From Ginglymostoma cirratum (taxonomy: Eukaryota), in NCBI GenBank assembly GCA_024137785.1, contig JAHRHZ010000084.1:6736321-6800320 (forward strand): 64,000 nucleotides of DNA, read 5' to 3'. The translations under genes were made by a program, and so were the position numbers. Positions 26,353-39,893 of the stretch are shown here, piece by piece (positions within the stretch are counted from its first letter, which is position 1; the number at the start of each line of letters is the position of its first letter). The notes beneath the pieces were generated by a model. The model was given only the letters and a program-made list of their open reading frames with translations. It was not told the origin of the DNA and searched no databases.

Positions 26353-28186
26353 ATCTCTGCAGGTTTGGCAGCCATCTGTGGGGAGAAACAGACATAACAG
26401 TTCAGTGTTATTCTTGTCCAGAAGAATGGCCATTCAGGACTCAGCATTAGCACTGTTTCCCTCTCCCCAGATGCAGCTGGACCTGCTGAGTTTCGCCAGC
26501 AGTTTGTTTTTATTTCAGTTTTCCAGTATCCACAATAACTTGCTTTTATTTACAAGAATTTAGAACCAGTTTTTTGGTTGCAGTAAGTAGTCCCTCAGAG
26601 GCTTTCAGTATTCCTTATTTTGGGATGTTGACCCAAGAATAAAGAGCAATGAGCAATTAATTGACCAATAATTTATGCAAAACAGTCGCTTTTATCTGTG
26701 AAACATACTTCATAAAAGGCTACATTCAATGCAACTTCTTAACACATTACTATTTTTTTCTGTCGCTTTCCACAGAAAGGAAAGTAGGCCCTCGGTTATA
26801 ATGATTACTCTCTTACCTGAGTGGTGAAATTTTCCTGTGTGAGCCTGTGGTTTCAAGAGTGGCATCAAAGCAGATGTAAATAGCTGTGCACATTCTCAAA
26901 TTGGGTCAGTGCTTAACAACAGAATACTATGTTGTTTTTTATTCCAAAGCCTGGAAGTTCCATGATAGATTTGTCAGGTTGATAGCTTATGGAGATCGAA
27001 CCACTGTTTAAATCTGGAAGTTTACTTTTCTGCCTAAGTCCTACCTCACTGTTTGATTTCCAACCTAGTGAGATACATTGTTTCATGGAAAGACATAGGA
27101 CAGAATTTTTTGGATGGTGGGAACTTTCTTGACCTGCCTCCTGAAGTATCTGCAGGGCATTTTCTTTGCTGAAATGGGCTTCCCTACAGACATTTGATGC
27201 TCTAATGCTCTAAAGAACATTAATTAGAAACTTCCACATCTCACTTGAGAGGAGCTCCATGACTGGCAACACAATTAGAAGTAGTGGCCAGGACTGGGAC
27301 TGAAAGCATGACCAGATAAATGGGGGTAGTTTCATGACAAAGAACTCATATGAAATTAAGTAAAGCCCTTTTTGACCACAGACATTGGACTGGGGTTTTC
27401 TGGTATCTGTTAGAGCACAGAGGGTGGGGTTTCTATTGCGTCCATATTTAGAAGAAACAAAGGTAAGAGGACAATCGCAGTGTCTTACAGACTGCCATTG
27501 AAATAGAAGGGAAGAAGGCATTCTTGAGGGATGTAGGATCAAGGACACTTCCTGAAAATAAAGGACAGTTGGTCACCCTGATATACATAGGGGTAGGGAG
27601 AGACGGGTGCAGGCATTGATAGACTAGCCTGGGGATTTGGAAGAAACAGTCATGCTGGACATAGCTTGTCTGGGAAGTGAATATCTGCTGTGGAAAGCAG
27701 GCCATTGAGTGAGGTGCAAGCCATGTCCCACCTGAGAACTGAACAGAATGTGTGCATCCCCATTCCCTTAAACACCACCTGCCAGCCTCAAAATTGAGGT
27801 TGCAGAAAAACAATCCTAACTGGTCATCAATTGACAACTGAAGAGTCTCAATTGTTGAAAGAGAAGTGGGCCCAGGATACGCTTCACCCATCTCTGATAT
27901 TCCTGACAGAGTGGGTTGGATAGGTGGCTGTGACAGCTATTCTTGGAATTCTGTGTGCATATCAGCCTGCAAACCCACTGAGGGAGAACTGCAACCTCTG
28001 CCCTTTAGATACTCATTTAAATGCCTTCTTGAAAGCTCTCAGATGTTACTTTCATAGGTTCCAAACTCTAACATTAAGCTGCCAGTGTTAGTGTAAACGT
28101 GCTTTGTCCATGTGAATATGAGTCACCTGATAAGACTTGCAGATAGGTTTGTAAATGGGTGAGCATCCTGCCTATGGTTATTTGAG

Positions 28187-28388
28187 ATAAAAGGTACTGC
28201 AGATGCTGGAGAATCCAAGATAACAAGCATGGGGCTGGATGAACACAGCAGGTCAAGCAGCATCATAGGAGCAGGAAAACTTGACATTTCGGGCCTAAAC
28301 CCTTCATCAGAAATGGGGGAGGGGAAGAGGGTTCTGAAATATTTCAGAATATTTCTGAATATTCCTGCTGTGTTCATCCAGCCCCATG
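28187..28388. mobile_element. Penelope-derived short element with 13-bp target-site duplication and hammerhead core
   Basis: ATGGTTATTTGAG at 28174-28186 and 28389-28401. The insertion is absent from the other duplication arm. Confidence 0.85.
28283..28310 (-). ncRNA. Minimal type-I hammerhead ribozyme motif
   Basis: CUGAUGA-A-GGGU/UUAG/GCCC-GAAAU-GUC matches the conserved hammerhead core with helix II and a GUC cleavage triplet. Confidence 0.6.
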
Positions 28389-29024
28389 ATGGTTATTTGA
28401 GGTTTCTTAAACTTGCAAAATAAGTTCCTTTGTTGATCCGAGAATACCAAGTCTAATTTTGAGATATCATTGAGTGAGCATGGTTGGCCAAGTTCCAACA
28501 ATGTTAATGGCATAAACTTCTGGTGGCTTCTTCTCTCACAGGTACACTTCAACAGTCTGCCAACTGCTGATGTTATTTCGATTTTGTGTTTATTATTTCC
28601 AATCCTATCTCATCATGGATTGGGTAAACTTTAATTAATATCAATCTCAGGTATCCTAAGATACTCTGAAGTTTTTGAGCAGCATAATTGGACCTAAGTT
28701 GTGCATTCAAAAGTTGGCTGAAGCTGTTCTTTTCAGAACCAATAGACCAAACCACCTCGTGCCAGTTTGCTGAAGAGATCTGCCTAATCCTTTGATATGA
28801 CACACAAAGCCATGAGCACAGTTATTAACAGGGCACACACAGTGTGTTTGGCTTTAATGCGTGTTCTAGCAATGTGAATTAGCTGTAACACAATTGAGAA
28901 ACGGGAACAGCATTGCTAAAATGCGAACATTGTGCTGGCTATAATGTGAACCCATCGAATACTTATTATTTAACGCACCCATTTAAGAGGCCGATTGCAA
29001 CCACTGAGGAGGATCAGGACAGTG

Positions 29025-31577
29025 TTGTTCAAGAACAAAGAACAAAGAGCAAAGAAAATTACAGCACAGGAACAGTCCCTTCAGCCCTCCAAGCCTGCGC
29101 CGATCCAGATCCTCTATCTAAACCTGGTGTCTATTTTCCAAGGATCTGTATCCCTCTGCTCCCTGCCCATTCATGTAACTGTCTAAAAACATCTTAAATG
29201 ACGCTATCATGCCCGCCTCTACCACCTCCACTGGCAACACATTCCAGGCACCCACCACCCTCTGCGTAAAGAACTTTCCACACATATCTCCCTTAAACTT
29301 TTCCCCTCTCACCATGAAATCATGACCCCTAGTAATTGAATTCCCCACTCTGGAAAAAAGCTTCTTGCTATCCACCCTGTGTATACCTCTCATGATTTTG
29401 TAGACCTCAATCAGGTCCCCCTCAACCTCCATTTTTCTAATGTAAATAATCCTAATATACACAACCTCTCTTCCTAGCTAGCGCCCTCCATACCAGGCAA
29501 CATCCTGTTGAATCTCCTCTGCAACCTCTCCAAAGCATCCACATCCTTTTGGTAATATGGCGACAAGAGCTGTATGCATTATTCCAAATGTGGTTGAACC
29601 AAAGTCCTATACAACTGTCACATGACCTGCCAACTCTTGCACTCAATACCTCGTCTGATGAATGAAAGTATGCCATATGCCTTCTTGGCCACTCTATCGA
29701 CCTGCGTTGCCACCTTCAGGGTACAATGGACCTGAACACCCAGATCGCTCTGTGCATCAATTTTCCCCACGGCTTTTCCATTTACTGTATAGTTTGCTCT
29801 TGAATTGGATCTTCTAAAATGCATCACCTCATGTTTGCCTGGATTGAACTCCATCTGCCATTTCTCCGTCCAACTCTCCAATCTATCTATATTCTGCTGC
29901 ATTCTCCGACAGTCCCCTTCACTATCTGCCACTCCACCAATCTTAGTGTCATCTGCAAATTTGCTAATCAGACCATCTATACCTTCCTCCACATCATTTA
30001 TGTATATTACAAACAACAGTAGTCCCAACACGGATTCCCGTGGAACACCACTGGTCACTGTTCTCCATTTTGAGAAGCTCCCTTCCGCTACAACTCTCTG
30101 TCTCCTGTTGCCCAGCCAGTTCTCTATCCATCTAGCTAGTACACCCTGGACATCATGCAACTTCACTTTCTCCATCAGCCTACCATGGGGAACCTTATCA
30201 AACACATTACTGAAGTCCATGTATATGTCATCTACAGCCCTTCCCTCATCTATCAACTTTGTCACTTCTTCAAAGAATTCTATCAAGTTGGTAAGACATG
30301 ACCTTCCCTGCACAAAACCATGCTGCCTATCACTAATAAGCACATTTTCTTCCAAATGTAAATAGATCTTATCCCTCCGTATCTTCTCCAGCAGCTTCCC
30401 CACCACTGACGTCAGGCTCACGGGTCTATACTTATCTGGATTATCCTTGCTATCCTTCTTAAACAAGGGGACAACATTAGCAATTCTCCAGTCATCCAGG
30501 ACCTCACCTGTGCTCAAGGATGCTGCAAAGATACCTGTTAAGGCCCCAGCTATTTCCTCTCTCGCTTCCCTCAGTAACCTGAGATAGATCCCATCCAGAC
30601 CTAGGAACTTGTCCACCCTAATGCCTTTTAGAATACCTAACACATCCCCCCCTACCTTATGCTGATTTGACCTTGACTAATCAAACATATATCCCTAACC
30701 TCAACATCCATCATGTCCATCTCCTTGGTGAATACCGTCGCAAAGTACTCATTAAGAATCTCACTCATTTTCTCTGACTCCTTGCATAACTTCCCTCCTT
30801 TGTCCTCGAATGGGCCAATCCTTTTTCTAGTTACCCTCTTGCTCCTTATGTACGAATAAAAGGCTTTGGGATTTTCCTTAACCCTGTTTGCTAAAGATAT
30901 TTCATGACCCCTTTTAGCCCTCTTAATTTCTCGTTTCAGATTGGTCCTACTTTCCCAGTATGCTTCCAAAGCTTCGTTTGTTTTCAGTCACCTAGACCTT
31001 ATGTATGCTTCCTTTTTCCTCTTTGTTAGTCTCACAATTTCACCTGTCATCCATGGTTCCCTAATCTTGCTCTTTCTATCCTTCATTTTCACAGGAACAT
31101 GTCTGTCCTGCACTCTAATCAACCTCTCTTTAAAAGCCTCCCACATATCAAGTGTGGATTTACCCTCAAACAGCTGCTCCCAATCCACATTCTCCAGCTC
31201 CTGCCGAATTTTGCTATTCTTGGCCTTCCCCCAATTTAGCACTCTTCTTTTAGGACCACTCTTGTCTTTGTCCATGAGTATTTTAAACTTACGGATTTGT
31301 GATCACTATTCCCAAAGTAATCCCCTCCTGAAACTTCAACCACCTGGCCAGGCTCACTCCCCAACACCAGGTCCAGTATGGCCCCTTCCCGAGTTGGACT
31401 CTTTACATACTGCTCTATAAAACCCTCCTGGATGGTCCTTACAAATTCTGCTCCATCTAAACCCCTAAAACTAAGTGAATCCCAGTCAATGTTGGGAAAA
31501 TTAAAATCTCCCATCACCGCTACCCTGTTGCTCCTATATCTTTCCGTAATCTGTCTACATATTTGTACCTCTATCTC
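29025..31577 (-). mobile_element. Young 5'-truncated CR1 LINE ORF2 (different subfamily from 23398-26352)
   Basis: 341-aa RT ORF 29618-30643 (KFADDTK), endonuclease C-terminus (MGDFNFP, SDH), (gaacaaa)n tail. Confidence 0.97.
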
Positions 31578-33569
31578 AATTTTGGAAGACCTTTAACATC
31601 AGAATGAGTTACCTAACAAAAGGATGACTATCATTTCCACAGAATACAATGCAACAGTATTTTATACCTGAGTAGACAGAAAATGAAATGTCAGGAGAAG
31701 GTGATATTGAACATTTGATGTGGATGATAAACTGGAGACCTGGAGATAAAACCATATATGGCATCTCCTGGGCAGCTTTCTTTTTGGAAAGCAGTTGCAA
31801 AGGACTAGAATTTTCCTTAGTCATAAGACAACTGTCAGCATTCATTATCATGTCGTCTCTGAAACTGACAGCGACTTTCTGAATCCATGTTAGCAGTTAA
31901 CCAGACTTGCCTTTAGTGGTTCTAGACTTCTCCATTATGTGCACTGTTTAACCCCCTCAAACTGTCACTGATTAGAAATCATTTAACTGATGAGAACTTG
32001 CTCTTTTGTGTTATACCGTTGCCCAGTAAAAGAAAATCCTTGAATGAGCTGTAATTAGGTTTATTGTTGAAGAATGTCTCTCATCTTGAAAGGCTAATTT
32101 CCTACTTATACACTATCAAACTTCTCCATTATAATAAAAACATTGAAACAACTTCTTTGTTAATCTTTGTCAACCATGTTTCAGCTTCTAACTTAATGCC
32201 ATGTGTTCTTCCTGTTTATTTTACTCTCTGCAAAATGTAATAAATATTGAAGAAAAATGACAACATTTTACATCCTTGTTTCCTGCCTTTTAGTGCACTT
32301 CAATGTTATTGCCTTCTTACTCCTTTGATGATCTCAATGCTGCTATGCACATTGAGATTCATTTGATGCCAGATTCAAACCAACATTGGGAAGGGGAAAT
32401 CCATGTCAAACATACGATGTTAACTGGTACCTAATTTAGGATATTAATCTAAAATTTGCTAGGTTAGTCAAAATGAGGTTAAAATAAATGAGAAGGAGAA
32501 ACCATATTAAGTCTGGGGTTGATCTAATGATTAGAAAGGTCACTGGTTTTAAAATGTTTTTATATTTTGCTGATAGAAGTTTACACCAAGTTTTATAACT
32601 CAGCAGTAACAAACTGAAATGCCACAGTAACTCCGAAAAAATGTTTTATGGGTAAATTTTTTGCAGTATTTTGATAGTGTGCTTTGCTTTAACGACAACC
32701 ATTGGATATATGCTTTGGAGCCATGTTGAGTGCTTTTTTGTTTTGTTGGTCTGCCCCCTAACCTCCCCTTTACTCATAGGCACCATTATTTCTCTTGCAT
32801 GATTTTCTGTAATGCGTCATTTCACAGGAATGCATCTATCATGTTATAGCAGAACCCCTGTAACTTATGTGTGTGTACATGTGGAATATCAGCATTGTGC
32901 TGAATCATCTGATCATGAATGGGTTTTGATGGCAGCCAGGTTAGGTGAAGGATGATTAATTTGCCAGTTCACTCGAGACACTTTCTGTTACAGAGGACCC
33001 ACATTTGAAACTTAAGGACTGAGCAAGCCATCAGAGTGTTAATGGAGAACTGCTTGGTGCATTTCCTGGCATGTAAGGAGCATGGCAGAGTCTGCCCTGA
33101 TCATAATAGAGGGTATCAAGCAAAATTGACCTCCACGTAGCCTTGGATCTAACATCTTGTTGCCTCTGTGGCAGCATCACACCTCCACAGATGACAACCT
33201 CACTCAGGTACAATGGTCAGCTATTCCTCCACCTCCTCCTCCACCCAACAGGGATGAAACAACACTCTCTGGAAACCTCAGCACCCACAACATCCAAAAT
33301 GATTCTAGATTACGCCACACACATTATAATAACGGAAATTTTTCACAAACATCTTACCTACAACTTCTCTCTAGTTACTTAAGAAATGCCAGTGCAGGGC
33401 ACAGTCATGTAGCTTAACATCTGGTAGCTTGCAATGTAGTGCAAAAGTTCACTTCATTTGGATTCAAATGAGAATTTAGGCTTTGTAATACTGGCCATTC
33501 AGTGTCACCAGAGATTGCCAAAGTGGTTATCCTTCTCAAGAGAATGTATTATGTCAGAAGGGGCTTGAA

Positions 33570-36500
33570 GGGCATGTCCCTTCAGCAAACTGGCACTTGG
33601 TAGTTTGGTCTACTGGTTCTGAAAAGAACAACTTCAGCCAATTGTTGAATGCACAATATAGATCCAATTATGCTGTTCAAAAACTTCAGCATATTCTAGG
33701 GTACCTGAGATTGATATTGATTAAAGTTTATTTCCAATCCCATCCCATAATGGATTGGGTAATCAGTGAAAAATGGAAATACCATCAGTAGTTGGCAGGC
33801 TATTGAAGTGTATCTGAGAGAAGAAGCCACCAGAAGTATAACAGGGGCAATCATCAACTTCCACTCAAAACAGTAGCAAAGATCTTTAGGCCTAGACCTC
33901 ACTTAGGTGCAAGTGGAGGGATACTAATGGTACAGCTTGCTAGTTATGCAAAGATAGGCAATCCATTGGCTCCTGTGCTGAGCAATTGCAGCACAGGAAA
34001 GTGTGGGGAGGTGTGGGGAGTGGGGTTGATGTTGCAGTCAATGGCATTCATATAGCCAACCAAGTGACAAAATAGTTTGGGCGCAGAAGGTGCTTAACTA
34101 CTATTCCTGGGCTCACAAAAGATTTAACGTTTATTTCACCACATATTCAGTAACATCCAATTGATAATTAAAGGCGGTTCAATGAATACCATTAATATTG
34201 ATAGAATGTGTTCAATAATGCTCACTGAATGACATCTCAAAATTACAAATTGGATGCTCGGATTAACAAAGGAACTTATTTTGAAAGTTTAAAGCAACCT
34301 CATATAAAAATATACCAGATGCTCACCCAGTTACAAACCCATCTGCAAGTCATATCAAGGTGGAGAGCTGGATGAACACAGCAGGCCAGGCAGCATCAGA
34401 GGAGCAGGAAAGCTGAAGTTTCAGGTTTGGACTCTTCTTCAGAAAATTCATTTTCTAAAGGGTCCAATCCCAAAAAGTCAGCTTTGCTGCTCCTCTGATG
34501 CTGCCTGGCCTGCTGGGATCATCCAGCTCTACACCTGGTTATCTCAGACTCCAGCATTGGTAGTTCTTACTATCTCTGCAAGTCATATCAGGTGACTTTT
34601 GTATTCACATGGACAAAGCACATTAACACTAACAGTGGCAGCATTAATATTAGAATTTGGAATTTATGAAAGTAACATCTGAGAGCTTTCAAGAAGGCAT
34701 TCAAATGAGTATCTAAAGGGCAGAGGTTGCAGCTTTCCCTCAGTGGGATTGCAGGCTGATTTGCAAATAGAATTCCAAGAATAGCCTGTCACAGCCCTCT
34801 ATTCAGCCCACTCTGTCAGGAATATCAGAGATAGATGAAGCTTATCCTGGGCCCACTTCTCTTTCAACAATTGAGACTCTTCAGTTGTCAATTGATGACC
34901 ATTTAGCATTGTTTTTCTGGAACCTTAATTTTGAGGCTGGCAGGTGGCGTTTAAGGGAGTGGGGATGCACACATTCTGTTCAGTTCTCAGGTGGGATCTG
35001 GCTTGCACCTCTCTCAATGGCCTGCTTTCCACAGCAGGTATTCACTTCCCAGACAAGCTATGTCCAGCATGACTGTTTCTTCCAAATCCCCAGGCTAGTC
35101 TATCAATGCCTGCACCCGTCTCTCCCTACCCCTATGTATATCAGGGTGACCAACTGACCTTTATTTTAAGGAAGTGTCCTTGATCCTACATCACTCAAGA
35201 ATGCCTGCTTCCCTTTTATTTCAATGGCAGTCTGTAAGGCTCCATGCTTCGCCTCTTACCTTTGTTTCTTCTAAATATAGTCACCATAGAAGCCCCACCG
35301 CTCTTACAGTTACCCGAAAACCCCAGTCCAATGCCCATGGTCGGAGAAGACTTTAATTTATTTCATACAGTTAGTTGCCACGACACCTCTCCTCTTTATC
35401 TGGTCCGGCTTGCAGTCCCAGTCCTGGCCACTGCATCTAATGGTGTTGCTGGGACTACAGAGTTGCTAGTCATGGAGTTCCTCTTAAGTGTAAAAGTTCC
35501 TCGCCAATGAATTAATGCTCTTTGGAGCATCAATTGTCCGTAGGGCAGCCCATTTCAGCAAAGTGCACATGCTGCAGATACTTCAGGAGGCAGGTCAAAA
35601 AATCTCCCACTATCCAAAAAATTCCACCCCACGGTCTTTCCATCTAACAACATATTTAACTGGGCTGTAAATCAGACAGTGAGGTGGGACTTAGGCAGAA
35701 GAGGAATCTTCCAGATTCAGTGACTCAGTTGATCTCTAGAAGCTATCATTAACACAAATCTATCGTGGCATTTTCACATTAAAAAATAGGATTCTATTGC
35801 CAATCACAGTAGGCTGACAAATTTGAGAAAGTGCACAGCTATTTAAATCTGCTTTGATGTCAATCTTGAAACCACTGACTCAGAGGAAAATTCCACCACT
35901 CAGTTAAGAAAGTAATCAGTATAATCCAGGACCCTTTTTTTATTTCTGTGGAATGAGATGGAACAAATAGTAATGGGTTATTAACTTGCATTGAAAGTAG
36001 GCTTTTATAGAGTATGTTTCACAGATGAAAGCAACTTTCTTTTTTGCATAAATTATACATCAATTAATTGATCATTGCTCTTTATTCTTGAGTCAATATC
36101 CCAAAGAACTTGGTTTGAATTTCCTGTCTGTCAATTCCTCTGCTGACATTGCTCTGGATCGGTATTTTCCAATTCAGCGACTGTGGTTACCCTGAGACTA
36201 GATAAAGCCTCTCCACCCACTTCGTGAACTTCCAATTTACTCTATTTCTAACTTTCTCTTTTCAATCCTTTATCGCATTATCACTATTCACTAAAGGATA
36301 GTGAAAACCTTTGAGGGACTACTTCCTGCAACCAAAAAGCTGGTTCTCAATTCTTGTAAATAAAAGCAAGTTATTGTGGATACTGGAAATCTGAAATAAA
36401 TAATTGCTGGAGAAAATCAATAGGTCCAGCTGCATTTGTGCGGAGAGAAACAGAGTTAACATTGAGTCCTGAATGACAGTTCTTCTGGAGAAGAATAACA

Positions 36501-37470
36501 CTGAGGTTGAACTGTTATGTCTCCCCACAGATGGCTGCTAAACCTGCTGAGTTTCTCCAGCGTTTTGTTTTTATTTGTGAATTCTTGTACCATGTTTCAT
36601 CACTGACACATTTTTGAAACAAAGTTGATTATATTTTTATTATTTTGTTCAATTACCATAACAGTATTGGACAAAGTTATGTATTTGAAATATAATTGAT
36701 TATAACAAATTATATTTGGTACAAGATAGCAGTGTAAATAATGTACTAATGATACATGCACCAGAATATAAAAATAATATGCACAGCATCAGAGAAAATT
36801 TGTGATACAGAGGGAGAAAACTTAACCCATTTTGACTGTGCCAATCAACGAGAAGTTACTCAGCCTCATCCCACCTTGCTGGATATGCTTCATAGTCTTG
36901 CAGATCACAGTTCTTCAAACAGGCATCCAAATGATTGTCAAGTGTGTAATTTGCTTTCTCAAACACCTTCAAGACAGTGACTTCCAGATTTCTACCATCC
37001 TGTTCTACCAACTTAAATTCCAGCAGTCTGCACATTGACCCTTTGCTGAAGTGAACAGATTGTAAAATGCTATTTTATCTGTGCTCTTTATAAATTGTAA
37101 AGATTACTTAGTATGTTATCTCTGACAATGACTGCAATTTTAAATTTAGTATAATGGTATAATATTTCTTAACATAACAATGCAAGCAGTTGCAACATGA
37201 AGATTTAGAATGCAATAAAATGTGTATATTTGGTGAAAGAAATTGATAGTCGAATTTGATTAAAAAAAACTGAGCACTGGATCCTGCATACTGAAAATAG
37301 AGTGTAGAGAATTCTGGACAGTGATGTAAATGGGTAATGGAATTCTGTGCACATGGTACTAATAAGGTAAAAGAATTACTCTGTTAAGCACAAAAAGAAA
37401 ACTGAAAGTGTATATGACTAGGGCACTGAAATGTTGTGCAATATATAGTACCTGAAGAGTCAGTTGAATT
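33570..37470 (-). repeat. Right arm of large inverted duplication (partner 22465-28785)
   Basis: See left arm. Arm-specific insertions at about 33850-34210, 34358-34574 and 36105-36295. Confidence 0.92.
34358..34574. mobile_element. Palindromic Penelope-derived short element with 16-bp target-site duplication
   Basis: TCTGCAAGTCATATCA at 34342-34357 and 34575-34590, with internal inverted arms. Confidence 0.85.
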
Positions 37471-37869
37471 CTCAACGCTGCATGTGAAAGACTGAATAAA
37501 ACTCCAAATATTGGCTGAAAATAAGAACACACGTGTATGAAATTGTTGTAGAAGGTCATTCAGCTCCAGAAACCTGTTTCACCACTCAATAAGTTAAAGG
37601 CTGGTTTGTTTGTTTAGAATTCAACATTCCTCTATACCATCAATAACATTTGATTTATTCATCTCACAAGTGTCTACCTAATGCTGCCATTAAAACAAAA
37701 TCCAGTGGTCCTAGTTTAATTACTTTTTGAGGCTGAGATTACAAAAGTTGCAGAACAAGAACTCAGAGAAAAATAAATCTTTATTCAAGTTACCCTCACT
37801 CTTCGAAACCCCAATGAAAACAAGTGCTGCCTGTTGAACGTAACCGTAAAAGACAATGTGGCCATTCAA

Positions 37870-39240
37870 GGTATCAATCTAGTACATCTCCTCTGAACTA
37901 CTTCCAATACATTTATATCTTTAACATCCTTACATACTCAAATAAAGAGACCAAAACTACACATGATGTTTAAAATGTGGTCTCAGCAATGCCCTGAGTA
38001 ACTGAAGCATAACATTCTTATTTAATGTTAAATTTTTCAGGATAGCATTCCATTAGTCTTAATTACTTGCTGTACCTGCAAACTAACTTTATGACTCATA
38101 TTCGGGCACCTAGATCCCTCCCCACGTCAGAATTCTCCAGTGATTCTCCATTTAAATAGAACACGGCATTTTTAAAAAAAAAACCTACCTGCCAACTTCA
38201 CATTTTTGCACATTATACTCCATCTGTCAGTTATTTGCCCACTCACTCAATCCACGAACTTCTGATCGCAAGTTCCTTATATCCTCTTTACAACATAATT
38301 TTCTGAATATCTTTGTCACACGCAAACATAACTATCAGGTTTTCACTTCCCTCATCTGAGTCATTGATATGAACTGTAAAAAGATCAAGTCCCAGCATAA
38401 ACTAATACAGAACCCCACTTATCACATCCAGCCAATCAGAAAAAGATGCATGAAAGCATTCTTTATTTTTTGCCTGCCAGCTCCTCATCTTCTATCCGTT
38501 TTAGCCATCGATGTAATCACTAAACAATTCATTCCTACTTTACACAAGAGTCTTTTTTGTGGCACATGGCCAACCTCCTTCTGGAAATCCAAGAAAATTA
38601 TATCAATGGGTAGTTTTTTTTAATCCACAGTCATACTACTGCTTCAAAGAACTCCAATAAATGGATTAAACATAACCACTCTTCACAAAGCCAATCTCAT
38701 TTTCATGCATTATCCTGTTTTTTCCTAATTTCCCAGCTATAAACTCCTTAACGACATACTGTAACATCTTCTTCCATGATGGATGTCAAGCTAACTGGCC
38801 GGTAGTTCCAGTTTTCTCTGCCTCCCTCCCTTCTTGAGTACAGACATTTTGTTTGCTACTTTCTAGTCTGATGAAAGTTTCCAGAATCTTGAGAATTCTA
38901 AAAGACTAACACAAACACACCAACTTCCACATTAGCCTCTGCTTTTAAGACCCCAGGACGAAATCCAAGCCTTATCAACCTACAGCTCTAATAGTTTTCT
39001 CGGCACTGCCTCCTTTGTAATTGTAACTTCATGAAGTTCCCCTCTTCTCTTCACCTTCTGATTAACAGCTATTACTGCAATGCTTTCTTTATCCTCTATA
39101 GTGAATTTAGACGCAAAACATTTGTTAATTTTGACCACTATTTCCTTAATATCAACTGTTAACTCCTAATTCTCAATTGCTAGAGGACCAACATATGCTT
39201 CACTGACTTTGTTTTCCTTGATCAATATCTGTAGAAGCTC
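37870..39240 (-). mobile_element. Old degenerate CR1 LINE
   Basis: Reverse complement shows CR1 RT segments (gaactaccggccagttagcttgacatcc). Confidence 0.7.
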
Positions 39241-39407
39241 TTGCTTGCATTTTCTACAATCTGTGTAAATATAAATTGAGATAGGGAATTGGCAGGCCAT
39301 TTTGCCTATCACCTATTTTAAATTATCAAACAATTCCCAAATTATCAAAAGCAGGGGCGAATATGTGCTTGAATTCCACAGAAGGGGTAATGAATAAAGA
39401 CTGAAAT

Positions 39408-39473
39408 TTTATTTACAGGCTATCAATGGTGGATTCAAACTCTGTATCCTGGAGATGAATGAGGCAATTTATT
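39408..39473 (-). terminator. Candidate polyadenylation signals (AATAAA at 39468-39473 and 39408-39413) of the V-C1 gene
   Basis: TTTATT on the plus strand about 420-490 nt downstream of the stop codon. Confidence 0.35.
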
Positions 39474-39893
39474 CTATAACCTCTTGAGGAATGGACACTG
39501 AAGATACACAGAATGAGTGTGGCTGGGGAACAAGCATTAAATTAGATTTCCGTTCGTTGTACTTTCCTAAATACGGGGTTCCTTCAAAAAACAAAATGAA
39601 TGAACTCACAATGATTACAGAAAACTGTGGATACCCAGTGAAGATGTTGGCCTAATTACCAAAATTCATCAGAAATAAGGGTATTATCAATTTGGAGATA
39701 CTGACTTACAGAAGAAAAGTAATGTTTAGTGAGTTAACAAATGCAGTTAAAACAGAAACTTTCGGACTTTGCAACTCCCCTGGATTATCTCATAACCTCA
39801 TTTATGAACGTACGCTGCCCATAACAATATTGGTGCTCTCCAAAGAGAATCTATGGTCATTATAAAATACACTTCAGATTGCTTCTTTAACCA

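Larger units (their letters stand above)
22465..28785 (+). repeat. Left arm of large inverted duplication (partner 33570-37470), containing a later CR1 insertion
   Basis: Colinear reverse-complement similarity along the whole arm; ORFs 22963-23184, 27448-27891 and 28573-28803 mirror 36756-36980, 34885-35157 and 33597-33791. Confidence 0.92.

Noticed and set aside
27448-27891. 147-aa ORF mirrored by ORF 34885-35157
   Set aside because: The shared peptide simply reflects the inverted DNA duplication. There is no recognisable domain or splice structure, and the frames break differently in the two copies.
29805-30365. Long antisense ORFs (also 25097-25534 and 30941-31420)
   Set aside because: These are shadow ORFs on the opposite strand of CR1 ORF2.
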